64,000 nucleotides of DNA from positions 11,348,001 through 11,412,000 of the forward strand of contig NC_058383.1 of the NCBI RefSeq assembly GCF_018350175.1, read 5' to 3'. Each line of letters starts with the position of its first letter. The first letter of the stretch is position 1. Positions 50,379 to 62,179 of the stretch are shown here, one piece after another. This DNA is from Felis catus (Eukaryota). The translations under genes and the position numbers were made by a program. Under the pieces are notes generated by a model, which was not told where the DNA came from, made no database searches, and saw only the letters and a list, made by a program, of their open reading frames with translations.

Positions 50379-51245
50379 TGTCACCCTTAAAAATAACACT
50401 GCCCGTTATTTCACCAGCAAAAATGGGCTTATTCGGGAATAGTAGAGAATTGCCATCTGGGACGATCAGGCTCCCGCCAAACTGTAGGCAAGCCCAAGAA
50501 ACAAAAGAAAGGACCATCATTTAATGGAGAAGGAGGAGGAAGTTGGGAGGTTTTTTTTTTTTTTTAATTTTTAAAAATATTTATTCTTTTTTTTTTTAAT
50601 TTTTTTTCAATGTTTATTTATTTTGGGGACAGAGAGAGACAGAGCATGAATGGGGAAGGGGCAGAGAGAGAGGGAGACACAGAATCGGAAACAGGCTCCA
50701 GGCTCTGAGCCATCAGCCCAGAGCCCGACGCGGGGCTCAAACTCACGGACCGCGAGATCGTGACCTGGCTGAAGTCGGACTCTTAACCGACTGCGCCACC
50801 CAGGCGCCCCTATTTATTCATTTTTGAGAGAGACAGAACGTGAGTGGGAGAGGGACAGAGAGAGAGAGAGAGAGGGAGACACAGAATCTGAAGCAGGCTC
50901 CAGGCTCCGAGATGTCAGCACAGATCCCAATGCGGGGCTCAGACCCACAAACCCAGAAATCATGCCCTGAGCTTAAATTGGAGGCTCAACCGAGCCACCC
51001 AGGCACTCCCTGGGGTTGTTTGGAACAAAAGTCTACTGGAGAGAAGCAAGAGCTGAGGGTGATGAGGGTTTCCCATTGACTGAGTTGCAGGGGTGGTGGA
51101 TGTCTTTCTATGTGGGGTCTGTAATTAACAATTCTTCCTGTAATTGACAGGGAGTGGTACGGTTCCCCCCCCCCCCCCTCCCAACAGCCTCCCCTTCTCA
51201 AATCCCTGGTCCACTTAGTGAGGGTTCTTCTTACCCATTTTCACA
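50379..51245 (-). mobile_element. Solo ERV LTR inside an L1 3' fragment, itself carrying two nested CanSINEs
   Basis: TG...CA termini (tgtcaccc...ttttcaca); L1 sequence interrupted at tcaccgtataac | caaggttatgacagtattg; SINEs at 50551-51010 and 50587-50810 (TSD tatttattc). Confidence 0.7.
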
Positions 51246-51334
51246 CAAGGTTATGACAGTATTGTTGAGTATATTCCCTAGGCAGTATTTTTCGTCTCTA
51301 TGGCTTATTTATTTAATCAAGTTAATTAATTAAT

Positions 51335-51535
51335 TTTTAAGTGCTTATTTTATTTTTGAGGGCGAGGGAGTGAGTGCATGAGCAGGGGAGGGACAGAGAG
51401 AGAGGGATAGAGACTCCCAAGGGGGCTGCTTGGGATTTCTCTATTTCCATCTCTCTTGGCCCCTATCCCGCTCACGCTCTCTTTCGCTCTCTCTCAGAAT
51501 AAATAAATAAACATGAAAACAAAGAAAAAAAAGAA
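51335..51535. mobile_element. Fused inverted pair of CanSINE 3' halves
   Basis: Minus-strand tail/(GA)n half up to ~51425 joined to plus-strand tgcttgggatt..(CT)n..aataaa half; neither has a tRNA head. Confidence 0.8.
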
Positions 51536-53149
51536 AGGGTGTTAATCCATCTAATGTGCTCAGCATCAGTGCCTGGCACACAGTCTCGTTGTTATTTACC
51601 TCCGTGTCCAGCTGTGAGTTTATCCATATATACAGGAGCTGCCTGACTTTTTTTTGGTGCTAAGACAGGAGGGTGTCCAGACCTTCAGGCTGCTGGACAG
51701 TGAGGAGTGGGAAGCCGGCAGGTGGAGGGGCTCGAGCTTACCCTGGATTGGCTGGGTGTCTGTTGGGTGCTGCCTCCTTGGGGGCAGGTGCGAGGGCATC
51801 TCTCTGAAGGGAGCAACGGCCCATGTGGCTCCCTCTCTGCACCCCTTGTTCAGCTCAGGCCCTGGGAGACAGTAAGGCCTCGGTGACTAGCTGTGGGTCG
51901 AGCACGACATGAGACAAAGGTGAACATCCGGGATGGTGTTAGAGGGTAGATCATTAAATCCAGAACGGTATGGTGCTCGTAACGTGAACAGGAGGAGTCC
52001 AGATGGCAGGGCTGACCGGTCAGGCGGAGGCGATCTGAACTCGGCCTTGAAGAAGGGATCTGTTCTGCAAAGGTCGTTGGGAAATTGGGATGGTTTTCAG
52101 GTGCAGGAGCCCCGTGAGCAGTGGTGGGGGCCCGAGCGAGGGAGCAGAGGGGCCAGTTTCTTTGACGCACGATGCATGTGTTAGAGGTTAGAAGGGGACG
52201 GGCGGCCCCGAGAGAGGGGCAGGAGTTTGAACTCGGTGCAGGGGATTACCGGAGGCGGACCGGCCTCCTGGGGGCATCTTACAAGGTTGAGCTGTTGCAA
52301 GATGGATTGAGAGCTGGGCTGGGGAGCAGGGACAGGAAAGGTCTGCATTTGCTTGAGCGCTGGAGCCTCAGCCTCTCTTGTCTGATTCGAGGGCCCTGGG
52401 AGATTATGCGGCCTCTGCCTGTGTCGCCAAGTGGTGCAGTCACTTAACCATGACCTGCAGATTAAGTCACCTATTGTGTGGAGTAATGAGTCATTCTCCG
52501 AGGCTTTTGTGTAAGCAAATAGAGTATTTATCCAGGTCCCAGGGAACCTGGGGACACCTTGGAAGCAAGAGAGATGCCTTTGAAGTGGAGTCGAATGAAA
52601 TCCTTAAGCCTCTGTGTCCACAGATCCCTTCATAAGTCATCGGCTGTTTATTTCGAGGGCAGAATATTTCCGGAGCAAAGAAACTTTTCAGCGAGACGTC
52701 TTGAATCGTCAGCCTGCCTGGAACGCACAGAACCTTTTCTCCGTCTCCTTAGTGAGGATACGGGGCCCAGGCAAAGTGACCGGCAGGCGGGGGGGCTGGG
52801 TCTGAGGGCGGCTGGAATCCTCCCCAGCCACCCCGCTTCCTTCCTTCCCCCCTTCCCCCCCTACCCCCCCTTCCCTTAAAAATACCCTGCAGGCTGAATT
52901 GCATCTGGGAGTCTGCTTTCTGCCAGACCCAACCTGTGATATGCAGGGAGAAAAGGCTGAGGCCAAGGGTCGGTTCCTCTCGGGACCTGGGTTTCTTCAT
53001 CTGCAGGACGAAAATGGCGCACTGGAATAGAGGTTCTCGAAGAGTGCTCCGCGGCACTTGGAGGTGCCCAAGACACTTTCAAGATGTCCCTGAGGACAGA
53101 GCTGTTCTCACCATATTATTGCCGGTATTTATTTGCCATTTTCGCTGAA

Positions 53150-53322
53150 TTGCCGCTTGCACGGAAGGCGCCAAACCAGTGGCGCCTTAGTGGTGACATC
53201 GAGCCATGCTGATGTCATCACAAGCCTTACCAGCGAGCACGGGCACTTAAAGAAAAATCCAGCGTCACCTAAGAATGTCCTGGAAGCAGTAAAAATTATT
53301 ATCTTTTTTTTTAATGTTTATT

Positions 53323-53374
<52 letters not shown>

Positions 53375-54425
53375 CACGTGCAGAGAGAGAGGGAGACACA
53401 GAATCTGAAGCAGGCTCCGAGCTGTCGGCACAGAGCCCGACGCGGAGCTCGAACTCACGGGCCGCGAGATTGTGACCTGAGCCAAACTCGGATGCTCAAA
53501 TGACTGAGCCACCCAGGCGCCCCTAATGCTTATTTATTTTTGAGAGAGAGAGGAGAGAGAGAGACAGAGCACAAGCAGGGGAGGGGCAGAGAGAGAGGAA
53601 GACAGAATCGAAAGCAGGCTCCAGGCTCCGAGCTGTCAGCACAGAGCCCGACGCGGGGCTCGAACTCACGAACCACGAGATCATGACCTGAGCCAAAGTC
53701 GGATGCTTAACCAACGGAGCCACCCAGATGCCCCCAAAGCAGTAAAAATTACTGATTGTATTAAATTCTGACCCTTGACGACACTTCTTTCTACTCTTCC
53801 GGGTGACCACACACGCCACAGACATACGCAAGCACGGTGGGTGCCTTGAAAGGAAGTACACGTGTGTTCAAGGTGAACTAGCTGCTTTTCTCAAGGAAGA
53901 ACATTTTTACCTGAAAGAACAGTTGACAGAGAAGCCACGGCACCCCTTTCCTTGAAAATGAACACGGTGAGCCTGTCGCTCGGAGGAAAACAGCTCACGG
54001 TACTTGTTACCGATGATAAAACTCAAGCTTTCAAGTGGATTTTAGAACTTTGAGAGACTCCTGTCTGCCCCTGCCCTGAGCTTGATGGCTTCCCCATACT
54101 ATAGGTCACACTTTTCTGATGAGATTGGTGGGATCCTCACTAATTGGATTTTTGATTTTGTACGAGAAAGCGTGCCACCATTCGGAAGACCCGCCTGACT
54201 CCGTGAGCTCGCGTCTTTCCAGGCGCGATGTCCCAAACTCACGTTCCAGTAAAAGACCCATTCAAAGCGCAAAGTGGGTCAATGAGTTTGGAAGTAACGG
54301 AGAATGAAAAGTTCATTTATATGGTACCGATTCCACGTCACATCCAATCTGCCAGCAACTAACTGCTTGCTGCATTTTGGTGTAGTGCCCAAAAAGAATA
54401 CACACAATTATCTATAAAGGCTATA
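53150..54425 (+). mobile_element. Charlie1-type hAT transposon, decayed transposase, interrupted by two nested CanSINEs (53305-53735, minus)
   Basis: aagaatgtcc..gaagcagtaaaaatta (KNVL..EAVKII), gaactagctgctttt, aagctttcaag, gacccattcaaag, ttttggtgtagt; TSD aagcagtaaaaatta at 53284 and ~53738. Confidence 0.85.
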
Positions 54426-54429
54426 TAGT

Positions 54430-55400
54430 TCTAGCTTCCTCTCTGACCCCAACTAGGAACGGTTCTCCACTTTCCATGAGTCATGTGATTAGATTGGACC
54501 CACATGGGTAATCTCCTCAGTTTTTGAAATTTAAGTTTTATTTTTTTAAATTTTTTAGAGAGAGGGGCACCTGGGTGGCTCAGTCGGTTAAGCATCCGAC
54601 TTTGGCTCAGGTCATGACCTCACGGTTCATGGGTTTAAGCCCCGCGTCGGGCTCTGTGCTGACAGCTCGGAGCCTGGAGCCCGCTTCGGATTCTGTGTCT
54701 CCCTCTCTCTCTGCCCCTCCCCTGCTCACACTCTGTCCCTCTTTCTCTCTCAAAAATAAATATTAAAACAATTTTTAAAATTTTTTTAGAGAGAGAAAGA
54801 TTGCAAGCTGGGGAAAGGGAAGAGGGAGAAGGAGGGAGAATCCTAAGCAGGCTCCAACCACACTTGATCCCAGGACCCTGGGATCATGGCCTGAGCCAAA
54901 ATCAAGACTCAGATGCTCAACCGACTGAGCCACCCAGGCACCCTGGTAATCTCACCATTTAAAGATCCTTTCCCTTAATCACATTTGCAAATAACGTATT
55001 TATATTGCAAATACAAAGTAATATATTTATAGGTTCAGGGATAAGGGTGTGGACATCTTTGAGGGGTCATTATCCTGCCTATCTTCTTTTACCATCTGGC
55101 CCCCAAATGGTGATCCATTGAGACTCTGGGTGTGATCCAGGGGCACAATTCCTCACTCCATGTGAACTAGAAAACAGGTTATCTGCTTCTGGAATATGAT
55201 AGCGGGACAGGCGTTGGATAACAGTTATAGACATTCTGGTTCCAAGAGGGAGAAAATGAAAGGAAAAAAAAAGGAATCGTAAGTCCTCACCAATTTTGAA
55301 ATCGAGATGGGCAAACTCCATAAGGTTTCAAGGCTTGGAAATAATTCCCTGGTTTGTGGCTCTGCCGTCCGGGCTGATGGCTCCATGGTTATTCTTCCCA
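54430..55400 (-). mobile_element. MLT1 LTR plus MLT1 internal fragment, with a minus CanSINE (~54525-54943) containing a plus CanSINE (54564-54778)
   Basis: gattagattggacccac..ggtaatctc (TSD)..taatcacatttgcaaa..gtggacatctttgagggg; internal gaactagaaaacaggttatctgcttc. Confidence 0.7.
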
Positions 55401-56346
55401 GCATAGGGTCCTTTGTCGTTTTAAGAATGCAGAGGAGTTCTGAAGCCAAAGTTTGAGAACTCCTCATTGGATCAGATCACTGAATGTTGGGGGCCAGGAG
55501 AACGGGAGGATGGTTGAGAAGGGTCCTGAGTTGCCTGAAATCAGCAGGAAGGGTGTGTTGATCAGCTAGGAATGTTTGCTGTGACCTGAAAGGGACATAG
55601 TGACATGTGTATCAACCATAAAGGCCCCTCTGTCTAGCTCTGTTGGTCTCTGGCACTGTGAACCCTTCTCAGAACATTCTGGAAGGACTAGGTAATAGCC
55701 CAAGAAGTAGCAGCACAAGCCAAACTAGGACCATGACCCTTGTAAGCTGAGCTGACCCTGGGAAAAATCATGAGAGTTCTTTTTTTTTTTTTCCCCCTAT
55801 TATTCCAGCTTCTCTCTTCAGCAGTGTCTCCCCATCCACAACTTTAGGGCCCTGGAATGTTTTGTCACCCTTACTGAAACCTCTTTTTTTTTTTTTTTTT
55901 TTTTTATAAAAAGGATACAACAAGCTTACTTTTTAATGAAGTGTATATAACGAGGCAGGCTAACTGTACCAGCCTTCCTAGGAGATTCAACCTTTGTCGC
56001 AAGACAGAAATCTTCAGCTAATAAATTTCAGACTTTTTAAACCCATGCTCTCTCTTCTACTGAAACATAAAAGTCTAGCTTTTCCACCCTGATACAGCAA
56101 CCTGGGAGTCACGGTATTGTCTGTGTATTCCTACCAGTCAAGGAGATCTTGTTAAGCTTTATTTTCTGAAGTCTGTGTTGTGAAAACATTTTTGTGTTTT
56201 CCAAATACGAATTACAACATTTGATTATGTGTTTTCAACACCTCCCTTTCCTCCCCCTTGTCCCAGTCCCTACACCCCCACAGTTGCCTTCAAAAGTAGT
56301 TTTCTCTCCCGACCCAACCTTTCGTGGAAGATTCCTGTCTCAAGTT

Positions 56347-56860
56347 GTGGCAGAATATATTTTCCAAAATGGCGCCAATAACATTTCCCGTTCTACAGTG
56401 TTCTTTTGACAACTTAACAAGGTAACAAGTTGTCTCCCCGAGAGGTGAAGTCTATTTCCCCTCCAAGGGACTCTGGGTCACCAGCGAGTATGGGAGAAGG
56501 GGCACCATGTGCCCTTGAAGCTAGGTCCTGAAGCAGTACAGTTCCTGCCTGGTGTTCTTGGGACTTTGGTCCTTGGAGCCCCGCCACCAGATGGCCAGGA
56601 ATCCCCGCCACCAGGAGAGAGCACGTGTGGGTGCCCCAGCCAACAGTTTGTTAAGCTGAGGTTCTAGCTAACAGAAGCACCAACCCCTGAGGGCTCCCAG
56701 CAACTGAGAGGTTTGCCGGCTGTGCCCCAGACATTGTGGAGCAGAGATGAGGGGTCTCTTCACCAAGTCCTGCCTGGATTGTGGGTCCACCAGCAAAACA
56801 GAGGATTGTTGTTGTTTTAAGCCCCTGCACTTTGGGGTGGGTTGTTACATAGCAACAGTA
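56347..56860 (+). mobile_element. MLT1 (F/G/H-like) LTR
   Basis: tgtggcagaatatattttccaaaatggcg start; ttgttgttttaagcc...ttgttacatagcaa end. Confidence 0.75.
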
Positions 56861-57086
56861 AAGGAAACAAAAGTCAGAAGAGGGTAAGGGAGTATATATC
56901 GTTGGCAGATTAAGGGGGAGAGATGCATTTGGGAATAAAGCTCCGCCCCCTATTCCACCCCCACCCCCCACCCCCCCCACTCCCCGGGGCCTACAATGCA
57001 GCTGGGGAGAGACAGCCGTGAGGTTGGATTTTGGTCATTTTCCCCATTTTCCTTTCCCAGTGCCTGTCATTAATAAAATCCATGTG

Positions 57087-57325
57087 ACTTTCTTTCTTTC
57101 CTCTTTCTTTCTTTCTTTCTTTCTTTCTTTCATCTTTCTATCTTTCTCTTTCTCTCTTTCCCTTCCTTCCTTCCTTCCTTCCTTCCTTCTTTCCCTTCCT
57201 GTCTTCCTTCCTTTCCTCCTTTCTCCCTTCTTCCTCCCTCCCTTCCTTCCTTCCTTCCCTCTTTCCTTCCTCCCTCTCTCTTTCTTCTCTCTCTCTCTTC
57301 CTTCCTTCCTCCCTCCCTCCTTCCC

Positions 57326-57372
<47 letters not shown>

Positions 57373-57795
57373 CTTTTTTTCTTTCATCTATATTTCTTTC
57401 TCTTTCTCTCTTTTCCTTCCTTCCTTTCCTCCTTCCTTCCTTCCTTTCTTCCTTCCTCCCTCTCTCTCTTTCTTCTCTTTTCCTCTTCCTTCTTTCCCTT
57501 CCTCTCTTCCTTCCTTTCCTCCTTTCTCCCTTCCTCCTTCCTTCCTTCCCTCTTTCCTCCCTCTCTCTCTCTCTCTTTCTTCTCTCTCTCCCTCCCTCCC
57601 TCCCTCCCTTCCTTCCTTCCTTTCCTTCTTCCTCCCCCCTCCCTCTCTCTCTGTTTCTTCTCTCTCTTTATCTTCCTTCTTCCCTTCCTTCCTTCCTCCC
57701 TCTTTCTCTCTCTTTCTCCTCTCTCTCTCCTCTCTCTCTCTCTCTTCCTTCCTTCCTTTCCTCCTTCTTTCCTCTCTCCCTTCCTTCCTTCCTTT
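57087..57795. repeat. ~700-bp polypyrimidine/polypurine (CT-rich) low-complexity tract
   Basis: Almost pure C/T on the plus strand; mixed TTTC, TTCC and CT units. Confidence 0.97.
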
Positions 57796-57929
57796 GACTT
57801 CGGGTGAGTCAGGTTACTTATATGGGCTTCAGCCTCCTCACCTGTCAGAGGTGGAGCCGGACTAACCCTCTTGGCTCTTTTCCAGCTCTGACATTCTGTT
57901 TCCTCTGCATTTTATTTCCCCCATGTTTC

Positions 57930-58450
57930 TCCTTTTTTTTTTTTTTTTCAGATTTAACAATGAAAATTGTAAACTCAGCAAAAATCTCCGCAATCTCTTC
58001 TAGTAGCTAATCCACTTGGGGCAGATAAACTGCCGGAATAGCTCCCCCCCCCCCGGCTCTGTGAATTTGACAAGTGTGTTTGCACACCGCCTGGTGTTTC
58101 GTCTGCATTTTCTCACTTTTGGATGCCAGGAGCCCCACTGATGACACAGCATCCCAAGGACAGCAACCATTTGTCCTCTTAATTCTTTCATCTTTTTTTT
58201 TTTTTTGCAGCCTCCACCTGAAATATTTATGAATCTTTCCCTTTTTTTTTTTTTAGGGAGTTCAAGCTAAAAATATAGGTATACTTTTCGGGGAATGTCT
58301 GATGGTAATAGATTCGTGCAGAAGGATTATTAACGCTTAGTGAGAGCTGTGTGCGAGGTTTGCACACTGGGAGACTGACAGCTGACAGACCTCCAAAGGG
58401 CGATTCGGGGGGGGGGGGTACTGTTAACTCCACCGAAATTTGGAGAAGAG
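57930..58450. promoter_or_regulatory. Candidate enhancer/conserved element
   Basis: AACAAT, TAATCC, AGATAA, CTAAAAATA (MEF2-like), GGATTATTAA, TGACAGCTGACAG. Confidence 0.35.
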
Positions 58451-58865
58451 ATCCTGCTGTGTCTCTCTTCTCCCACTAAGTTGCTTGATGGTTTTACCCC
58501 CAGGCACGAGCGGCTAGAATCACTACATTAAAGTATTCCCTTCCAATTTCCAAATTTCAGGCAGAGGAGCCCTGTGGATGCTGGTTTCCTACAGTGATGT
58601 GATGTTGAAAGCCTGTAACGTGACATCACCTGCCTTCAGGCTGTTGGGTACTTGGAAAAGGAGTTTGAGGGTCGGAGGTTAGCAAAGAGCTCGGCAGCCA
58701 TAAAGATGGGAAACTCACAGGGTGTTTAAAATACATTTTGCATGTGTACATTATATACAAGCTGCCCCATTCTATTTTTGATATCTGAATATTTATAAGT
58801 GTTTGTTAATAAATACTGGGGACATACATATATATTATATAATATATAAGTGGTTATTTGAGAGT

Positions 58866-59129
58866 TTTTTTTTTTTAATTTTTTTTTCAATGTTTATTTA
58901 TTTTTGGGACAGAGAGAGACAGAGCATGAACGGGGGAGGGGCAGAGAGAGAGGGAGACACAGAATCGGAAACAGGCTCCAGGCTCTGAGCCATCAGACCA
59001 GAGCCCGACGCGGGGCTCGAACTCACGGACCGCGAGATCGTGACCTGGCTGAAGTCGGACGCTTAACCGACTGCGCCACCCAGGCGCCCCCGTGCTGGAA
59101 TTTTTAAAAATGTTTATTTATTTATTTAT

Positions 59130-59194
<65 letters not shown>

Positions 59195-59321
59195 CTCCAG
59201 CAGGCTCCGCCCTGTCCGCACAGACCCTGAGGCAGGGCTCAAACCCATGTACCTTGAGATCATGTCCTGAGCCTGAATCAAGAGTCGGGAGCTTAACGGG
59301 ACTGGGCCACCCAGGCACCCC
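58866..59321 (-). mobile_element. Two tandem CanSINEs (58866-59091 young type; 59100-59321)
   Basis: SINE hallmarks; second has TSD gtgctggaat. Confidence 0.92.
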
Positions 59322-59344
59322 TGTGCTGGAATCTTTTGACTGAA

Positions 59345-59900
59345 GTGGAGAAGCCAAACTTGTGAAAAGGAAAACTGCTCACCAGGACATGGGATTTCTT
59401 ATCTCACAGCACTCAGGCGGACCATACAGGGGGCTTCCAGAAGTGCCTCCGGCTGGACTCAAGATCCGCTCAGACTCCTGTCCCATCCATGCTCCTTCCA
59501 GGGCCTCTTTTTCACTATCCAGCCCCCCACCCCTCACATCCAAACCTCTTCCTGCTCTGTAGTTCATCATGGTGGGAAATGTAGTGATGGCTGGTTTCAG
59601 AGCTTTCTAGCTTACGGCTTTAAGCAGGAGAAAAGTCCTGACAGTTTCTGTCCCAAATTCCCAGGGCCTCATTCCCTGGCCTCATGTGACTCAATTACCC
59701 ATCCTGGGACCAATCAAATGTGGCTAGTAGGTGGAGTCTGGGAAAAGAATTTTGTGATTGGCCGAGCTTAGGGCAGATGCTTATTCTTAGACCAATCAAC
59801 TGCAGCCAAGATTGCCCCCATCACATTGAGCAGAACGCACACTCCCTGAGTACATACATGAAGGGCAGAGATGGGGAAGGGCACTTTCCAGAAGAGCCAC
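59345..59900 (-). mobile_element. Old MLT1 (J/K-like) LTR
   Basis: accaatcaaatgtggcta...tgattggccgagcttagggcagatg...gaccaatcaactgcagcca. Confidence 0.6.
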
Positions 59901-60424
59901 GGAAACCGGAGCGACAAAGCGGCGTGTTGGTTGTACAGAGTAAAGATGATACGGACCTCTGAAAGGAGGCGCATTATATGCAACTTTCCCCCAGATATGT
60001 TTGGCTGCAGATATTTATTTTGAAGGAGCATCTTGGGAATGAGTGTTGTGAGGAGGTGATGTTTTAGAGGTCACAGAAAGAGTTGGGGGTGTCATGGGGT
60101 GGGTAAGGGGACACGGAGGGGCTCTGGTTGGCTGGGGAAGCAGATGTCACGTTAGAGAGGGACTCACTGCCTCGGTTTCTGACCGGTGGCTTAGGCTCCG
60201 GGTCTCTGAAGCAGGGGTTTGCACTGCTGGTGTCGGGGTAGAGCTTTCTGCCACCAGCCACCTGCCTTGCCATGTCGTTGCTCTAGAGGCCCAACCCAGA
60301 GGGACCTTTCTGTGTCTGCAAAAGTCTGGTGTCCTTGGCAGGTGTTTTCCATTTGGAGGAGGATGCCAGGACCTTCATTCTGGGATCCACACGCCTGGAC
60401 GCAGCGCTCGGCTCTGAATCACGC

Positions 60425-60615
60425 CCTTCTCATTGGCCCAATAAATCGTAGGAACCGTATATAATCATCAGATTTTACCGTGCAGATATATGGCTGCCGT
60501 TTGTCCACGATGAGATTTATTGCAATAAAATTTATCCGCTCCGGCGTCCTTTTTAATAAGGCGAAGTAGATCGTGCACTTCTAATTTAATGCGCTGTGTA
60601 TGACTTGAGTCGGCT
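60425..60615. promoter_or_regulatory. Candidate posterior-HOX/CDX-type enhancer
   Basis: CCAATAAA, palindromic TTTATTGCAATAAA, TTTTACC, TTTAATAA, CTAATTTAAT in ~190 bp with retained CpGs. Confidence 0.45.
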
Positions 60616-62179
60616 GAACTCCAGCTGGCTGGGGTCTGTGCTCTCGCTGGCTTGCTTCCCCTCTCAGCAAAGACCTTCACGGTGAACCTGACCATCGGGA
60701 AGAGCTAAGGGCAGCTTGCCGGGGGTGGAGGCAACTAGGAAACCCATAGCTCAGGGGGTTCTTTTCAGGTACGCATTTTCTCCAACTGAATTCTCTCCAG
60801 GAGACTCCCAGAGCTGAGCTATCCTGGTTGAAGGAGCCCACGATAACACTTGCACCTCAGCCACCAACATGGCCTTGGGTGGGGCTCTCAGGGAGCCCCC
60901 TGGATTCGGCCGAGCATAGTTTGAAAGCCACTGCTGGTTATAAAAGGCGGCGAGGAAGGGCCTGGCTCAGATTGTGTTCAGATGATGCTCAACCAGTGGG
61001 AGCTCCCCTCTTCCTTGTTCTGACACTAAACTCCTTCCTCAGACCCATCCCGGCATTTTATGGATTTTCTCTCTGGAACTTGTAGCACTCCTTACCCTTG
61101 TCTTACGAAACTCAGATGTATGACTTCCCTCTTTATACGTGCTCGCTAGTCTGTAATGTGCTCAAAGGAAGGATTCATTAGCTCCTCAAATATCCAGCCA
61201 GCACCCACATTTCCACGATCACTCCTTGTGCGTGTGCGTGCGTGCCTGCGCGTGTGTTTCCGTTGTTTGCATCGGCATTCTGTCAAAACCCGCCATTACA
61301 TTTGGCATTCTCATCTTCACTGTCTCTCCCCTTTTTTGTGTTTTTCTTGCCATCTATTTGTTGAAGACAATGGATCATCCGTGCGGTATAATTTCTCACA
61401 TTGTGATTTTTTTTTTTTTTTTTTTTTTTTTTTGCAGCTTGCATGATTTAACGTAATACATTTAAACAGAGTTTAATAAGGATTTTCAACAGAGCGGCAC
61501 CTTTGTGGCCCTATAGGCTACTGTGCAGACTCCCAGGTCTGCAGCCATCGGGCCCTTCACTGCTGTGTTCTCCAGCCGGGCTCACGCTCCTCTCTGCTTG
61601 AGGGTCCTTCCCTCCAGGGAAGGACAATGCCAGCCCGCTTGTCTGCGGGCCGAGCATTGTCTCTGTCTCAAAATCACAGACCGTTAAGACACAAAGGGCT
61701 TTGAGTCCATCTCTCCTTCATGACTCCTATCCAACTGGACTTTCTCTCTTTCATGGCCTCCCGCCCACACGCGTCACCCTTTTAAAGACCAGACGCACAT
61801 CCACCTGGGGACGCAGTATGAGGGAGCGGGAAGAAATCGTGGACTTTTGAGCTAGAAATATCAGAGTCAGGCTCTTGGGTTGACTGTTCTCCAAGACCTT
61901 CTGATCTTGTGCCAACTCTTTAACCTCTCTGAGCCTCAGTTGTTTTCTTCTGTATAATGGGAATGGTACAAGGATCGAACCAGACAAAATGAAGCTGAAC
62001 GAAACGTTCTTCCACTTGCTCAGGCCAAGAGCATTAGAGTTACTCTTCCCTTCTCTCCCTCAACATTCCGTCTTAGAGAAGGCCATGAAGAGAAGGTCAG
62101 TGCTGCGTGATTTGCTCAATCCTTCTTTTTTGGGCCCTTTTTTTTTTTTAATACAGGAAATCCTTAAATAACAGGAATA

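Noticed and set aside
53133..54425. Domesticated hAT transposase gene
   Set aside because: Interrupted by two SINEs with deletions and stops; no long ORF
57018..57797. 259-aa F/L/S/P-rich ORF resembling a membrane protein
   Set aside because: Artefact of the CT-only tract, which cannot encode stop codons
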